Origin: a bacterium
GTDB lineage: Bacteria; SM23-31
DNA length: 64,000 bases
Direction: 5' to 3'
Assembly (NCBI GenBank): GCA_965249485.1
Contig: OZ252239.1
Span: 1,376,001 to 1,440,000, forward strand
Of this stretch, positions 60,571 to 64,000 are shown one piece after another; the stretch's first letter is position 1; each line of letters starts with the position of its first letter. The position numbers and the translations under genes are program-made. The notes beneath the pieces were generated by a model that searched no databases, was not told the DNA's origin, and was given only the letters and a program-made list of their open reading frames with translations.

Positions 60571-62097
60571 ATGGCTAAAGCAAAAATAAATCTCACAAAA
60601 ATCCTGAGATCGAACAGTGAAACCAATATGGCAAGAGAAATCGATCTTCAGATATTTGAATATGATGGAATACCCCGTTCAGAAGCGCAACAGGAAAATC
60701 ATGCAGGCAGTTGGGATTGGGATATTGTAAATGACAAATTTCATATGGAGGAAGAGATTTTTCAAATTTTTCATATTGATAAGAAAAATTTCAGAGGATT
60801 TCAGGAAGAGTTTGTCAAGTTAGCATATCCAAAAGAGAGACCGAAAATCAAAAAAGCTCTTGAAGAAGCCGTGGCAAACTATCAGCCATTAAATTTAGAA
60901 TATGGGTTAGTATATAAGAGAAAATTTGAACGTTTAATTCAACACCAGGCACAGGTCATTTTAGATGATGCCGGCAATCCGGTCAGAATGGTGGGAAAAG
61001 TAGAGGATGTCACAGGCCAGGCGATTCGCAACGCTGAGCTTCAACTGCTCAAGACATGTGTTGATCAGGTGAAGGATGTTGTTGTCATCTCAAGTCTTAA
61101 CGAAGGGATATAGTATGTCAATTCTGCATTTGAAGAAAAGTATGGATATTCGCAAGCAGATGTCAAAGGGGAAAAAGCCCGTCATGTAATACTGAACGAA
61201 AATTCGGAAAGTATTCTTGATGATATCGACAACAAAATTTCCCAGGGATACACTGTTCGAGAAGAAGTTATAGCAAAGGGCAAGAACAACATGGCCTTTC
61301 CTATGGAAATTTTTAGAACACCTGTAAAAGATGAAAATGATGAAATAACAAATTATATAACTATTGGAACTGACATAACAGAGCGAAAGAAGCTTCAGGA
61401 AAATTTAGATATTTTACGGAAGGAATATCAATCTTTTATGCGGCATGAATTAAACAACCTGATAACTCCCATTAAAGGTTTTGCCCAAATTTTGCTCATG
61501 AATCCGGAAAAAATGTCCGAATCACAAATTGAGAAATTGTTCTACATCAATGATTCGGTTGATAGAGCAACCAATTTAATTGAAAATTTAGGGAAACTAC
61601 AGGACTTTGAGCAAGGGAAATATAATTTAGAAAAAAATGAATGTGATTTAAATGAAATTATCAATCAAGCGATTCTTGATTTGAAAATTTTTGCGGATAA
61701 ATCAGACGTTACGATACAGATACATTACGAAAAACAATCTAATATCGTTACATTAGATAAGAATCTATTTCTTGGTGTTATAACAAACCTGGTGAAAAAT
61801 GCAGTTGAACATGTTGCCGGGGAAAAGGAGTCATCACAAAAAGACGTTGTTATCAATGTCAAATCTAATAAGAAGTTTATTACACTTTCAATTAACAACA
61901 AAGGTGAACCTGTACCAAAAGAGAAGCTCAAATTGTTTTTTGAGAAATTCAATACGGATAAAAGCAAAAAAAAGGAAGGAACCGGCCTCGGTACGACATA
62001 TGCATATCTTGTAGTCAAAGCACACGGCGGGAATATACACGTAGACTCGAATCAAGAAAATGGTACAACGGTTACAATACAACTTCACGTAGTATAG
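60571..62097 (+). pseudogene. PAS-PAS sensor histidine kinase interrupted by an in-frame TAG (61111-61113)
   Basis: GSWDWD PAS, then I*YVNSAFE PAS continuing without further stops into RHELNN H-box and GTGLGT. Confidence 0.85.
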
Positions 62098-62602
62098 TGC
62101 AGCGTAACGTCACCTTCGCTCAAGAATAATACAACTATTGTGAATATTGATATGGGAAACGAAAGATTATACATTGCTCATGAACACATATATGTCTTAA
62201 TGGTGATTAAATCCCGTATCATTATTTGAAATAAGCAATGACAGAATACGCAATTACAATACTACAGATTCTACTGATACTATATAGTAATGCATAACTT
62301 TCTCTCCGGGAAATCTGTGCTTTCAGCCGCCCGAATTGACTTTTTTCACTCAAGAATTGCTCAAGTATCCCGATAACTAACCTATAACATGAGGTGGGTG
62401 AATGTGTTTTAATGTGTTACTGTTTGTATGCCTCCTGCCTCAATTTCACCGTAACTACTTAAAAAATTCCCGGTTTGTACGGGATATATATACTCTATGT
62501 CCAACGGGGTGGGTGTTGGAATGTGGACAATTTGAATCGCTCGTTTAGCGGTATCAGATAATTGTGCCAAATTCTATCATCGATACGGTACACAGGTTAT
62601 TG

Positions 62603-64000
62603 ATGAAAAAAACCGTTATATTTTTTTTCCTCCTGATCAGTTTTCTTCCCTTTTCTTCCCTTCTCGCACAGGGAACACTCACGACTTTTACTACTGCTGA
62701 CGGATTGGTAGATAATCGCACCTGGGTGATCGCATTTGACTCAGCCGGTACAAAATGGATGGGTACCACCCTAGGTATCAGTTCATACGACGGAACGACA
62801 TGGACGAATTTTACTAATGCTAATACAGGTGGTGGGCTATTAAGTGATAATGTGTGGGCAATGACAATTGACTCATCCGGTACATTATGGTTTGCCACAG
62901 GTGGTGGTGTCAGTTCATACAATGATACGACATGGACTGCCTTCACGACTGCTGACGGATTAGTGAATAACGATGTACGGGCAGTCGAAGTTGACCCATC
63001 GGGCACAATATGGTTCGGTACTCTTGGTGGTGTCAGTTCATACGACGGAACGACATGGACTACTTTTACTACTGCTGACGGATTAGTGAATAATGATGTG
63101 CTGGGAGTCGCAGTTGACTCAGCCGGTACAAAATGGTTCGCCACAAGCGGAGGTCTCAGTTCATTCGACGGAACAACATGGACGAATTTAACTACTGCTG
63201 ACGGAATAGTGAATGCTTTTGGTAAAGCAGTCGAAGTTGACTTAACCGGTACAAAATGGATCATGACAAATGGAGGTGTCAATTCTTATGTAACAAACTT
63301 AAACATAACAGCAACGACGTTAAGTGATACTCTTGCAGGAGGAACAAATGGATCGGTCACCCTTACTTTTACAAACCAGACATCGCTTTCGAGTGGGAAC
63401 GAAATAGCTATTACCTTTCCTTCGGGTTTTGATGTTTCGGGAGCTGGAATAAACGGTGGGAGCACTGTTGCCACAGGAAGCGATCCAACTGTAGAAGGCG
63501 TATCAGGACAGGTGGTCACCTTAAATGTTCATGACTCTCTACCTGCAGGATCACAGACAATTGTTTTAACCGGGATCGACAATCCTACGTCGACAGCTTC
63601 CGGATTATCGCTAACGGTCGTATCACAGGCGAACAATGGATCTGCGACGATCGATCAGGCGGATGCCACGCCAGTGACGTTTCTCGTCAGGGCACATTTA
63701 AATCTCACTGCCACGTCGCTGGACAATAGTTTCACGAACGCAACGGGGGTAACGGATACGGTTACGTTCACCACCATCACGCAGCTTGATTCATCTGATG
63801 AAATTGTCATCGATTTTCCCACAGGTTTTGATGTTAGCGGCGCTGCAATTGACGCGTCTACTGCCGCAACCGGCAGCGACCCCACTTTGGAGGGAGTCTC
63901 CGGTCAGATTGTCACCTTGAATGTACCCGATACATGGACTGGCGGTAGTCAGACAATCGTCTTAACAGGGATAGACAATCCCTCAAGTGCGGCTGGTGGT
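62603..64000 (+). CDS. Large exported/surface protein: two-component-regulator-type propeller repeats then ~133-aa beta-rich repeats (runs off the window)
   Basis: Open frame from ATG 62603 (MKKTVIFFFLL..AQ); ~41-aa FTTADGLVNN..V..D.SG..WF.T.GG repeats; repeats starting at 63299 and 63698; absent from ORF track because it has no stop in the window. Confidence 0.85.
   Translation, partial: MKKTVIFFFLLISFLPFSSLLAQGTLTTFTTADGLVDNRTWVIAFDSAGTKWMGTTLGISSYDGTTWTNFTNANTGGGLLSDNVWAMTIDSSGTLWFATGGGVSSYNDTTWTAFTTADGLVNNDVRAVEVDPSGTIWFGTLGGVSSYDGTTWTTFTTADGLVNNDVLGVAVDSAGTKWFATSGGLSSFDGTTWTNLTTADGIVNAFGKAVEVDLTGTKWIMTNGGVNSYVTNLNITATTLSDTLAGGTNGSVTLTFTNQTSLSSGNEIAITFPSGFDVSGAGINGGSTVATGSDPTVEGVSGQVVTLNVHDSLPAGSQTIVLTGIDNPTSTASGLSLTVVSQANNGSATIDQADATPVTFLVRAHLNLTATSLDNSFTNATGVTDTVTFTTITQLDSSDEIVIDFPTGFDVSGAAIDASTAATGSDPTLEGVSGQIVTLNVPDTWTGGSQTIVLTGIDNPSSAAGG

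Noticed and set aside
8635..61113. Stop-codon reassignment or pyrrolysine read-through to explain the two in-frame TAGs
   Set aside because: TAG is the normal terminator of hutH, gnd and the PAS kinase itself, one internal stop is TAA, two lesions are frameshifts, and no pyl genes are in the window
62554..63885. Three minus-strand ORFs in the track
   Set aside because: Shadows of the plus-strand repetitive surface protein, which has a signal peptide and recognisable repeats

Overview
Bacterial chromosomal window with no CRISPR array, rRNA or intact transposase/integrase seen. Family calls come from motif recognition by eye, not database searches. Layout: (1) 1-3.8 kb: permease, hutH, an MBL-fold lipoprotein and tRNA-Leu(CAA). 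(2) 3.9-18.3 kb: island-like run of mostly signal-peptide-bearing enzymes (M28, C45 and M24-like peptidases, an aldo/keto reductase, two Asp-box beta-propeller proteins). Their spacers carry a recurring, co-oriented non-coding motif (core AATCGTACAGCC-CGAGGAGYAGAAAA) and a longer ~115-bp degenerate element; this cassette-like pattern is the most unusual signal in the window. (3) 18.5-43 kb: sugar catabolism (gnd, PPi-type PFK, HAD phosphatase, TRAP and SSS transporters, GH95 and GH29 fucosidase-like enzymes, an exported mutarotase, three alcohol dehydrogenases), built around a ~3.7-kb direct duplication of a LamG-protein/amidohydrolase divergon. (4) 43-53 kb: two more M24-like proteins and an RND efflux operon whose TolC carries an extra N-terminal domain. 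(5) 53-64 kb: porin + small periplasmic protein + HAMP histidine kinase, a 32-aa basic protein, PAP2, YceI, ECF sigma/zinc anti-sigma, a PAS kinase and the start of a large repetitive surface protein missing from the ORF track. Five genes carry a single disrupting lesion (three in-frame stops, two frameshifts).
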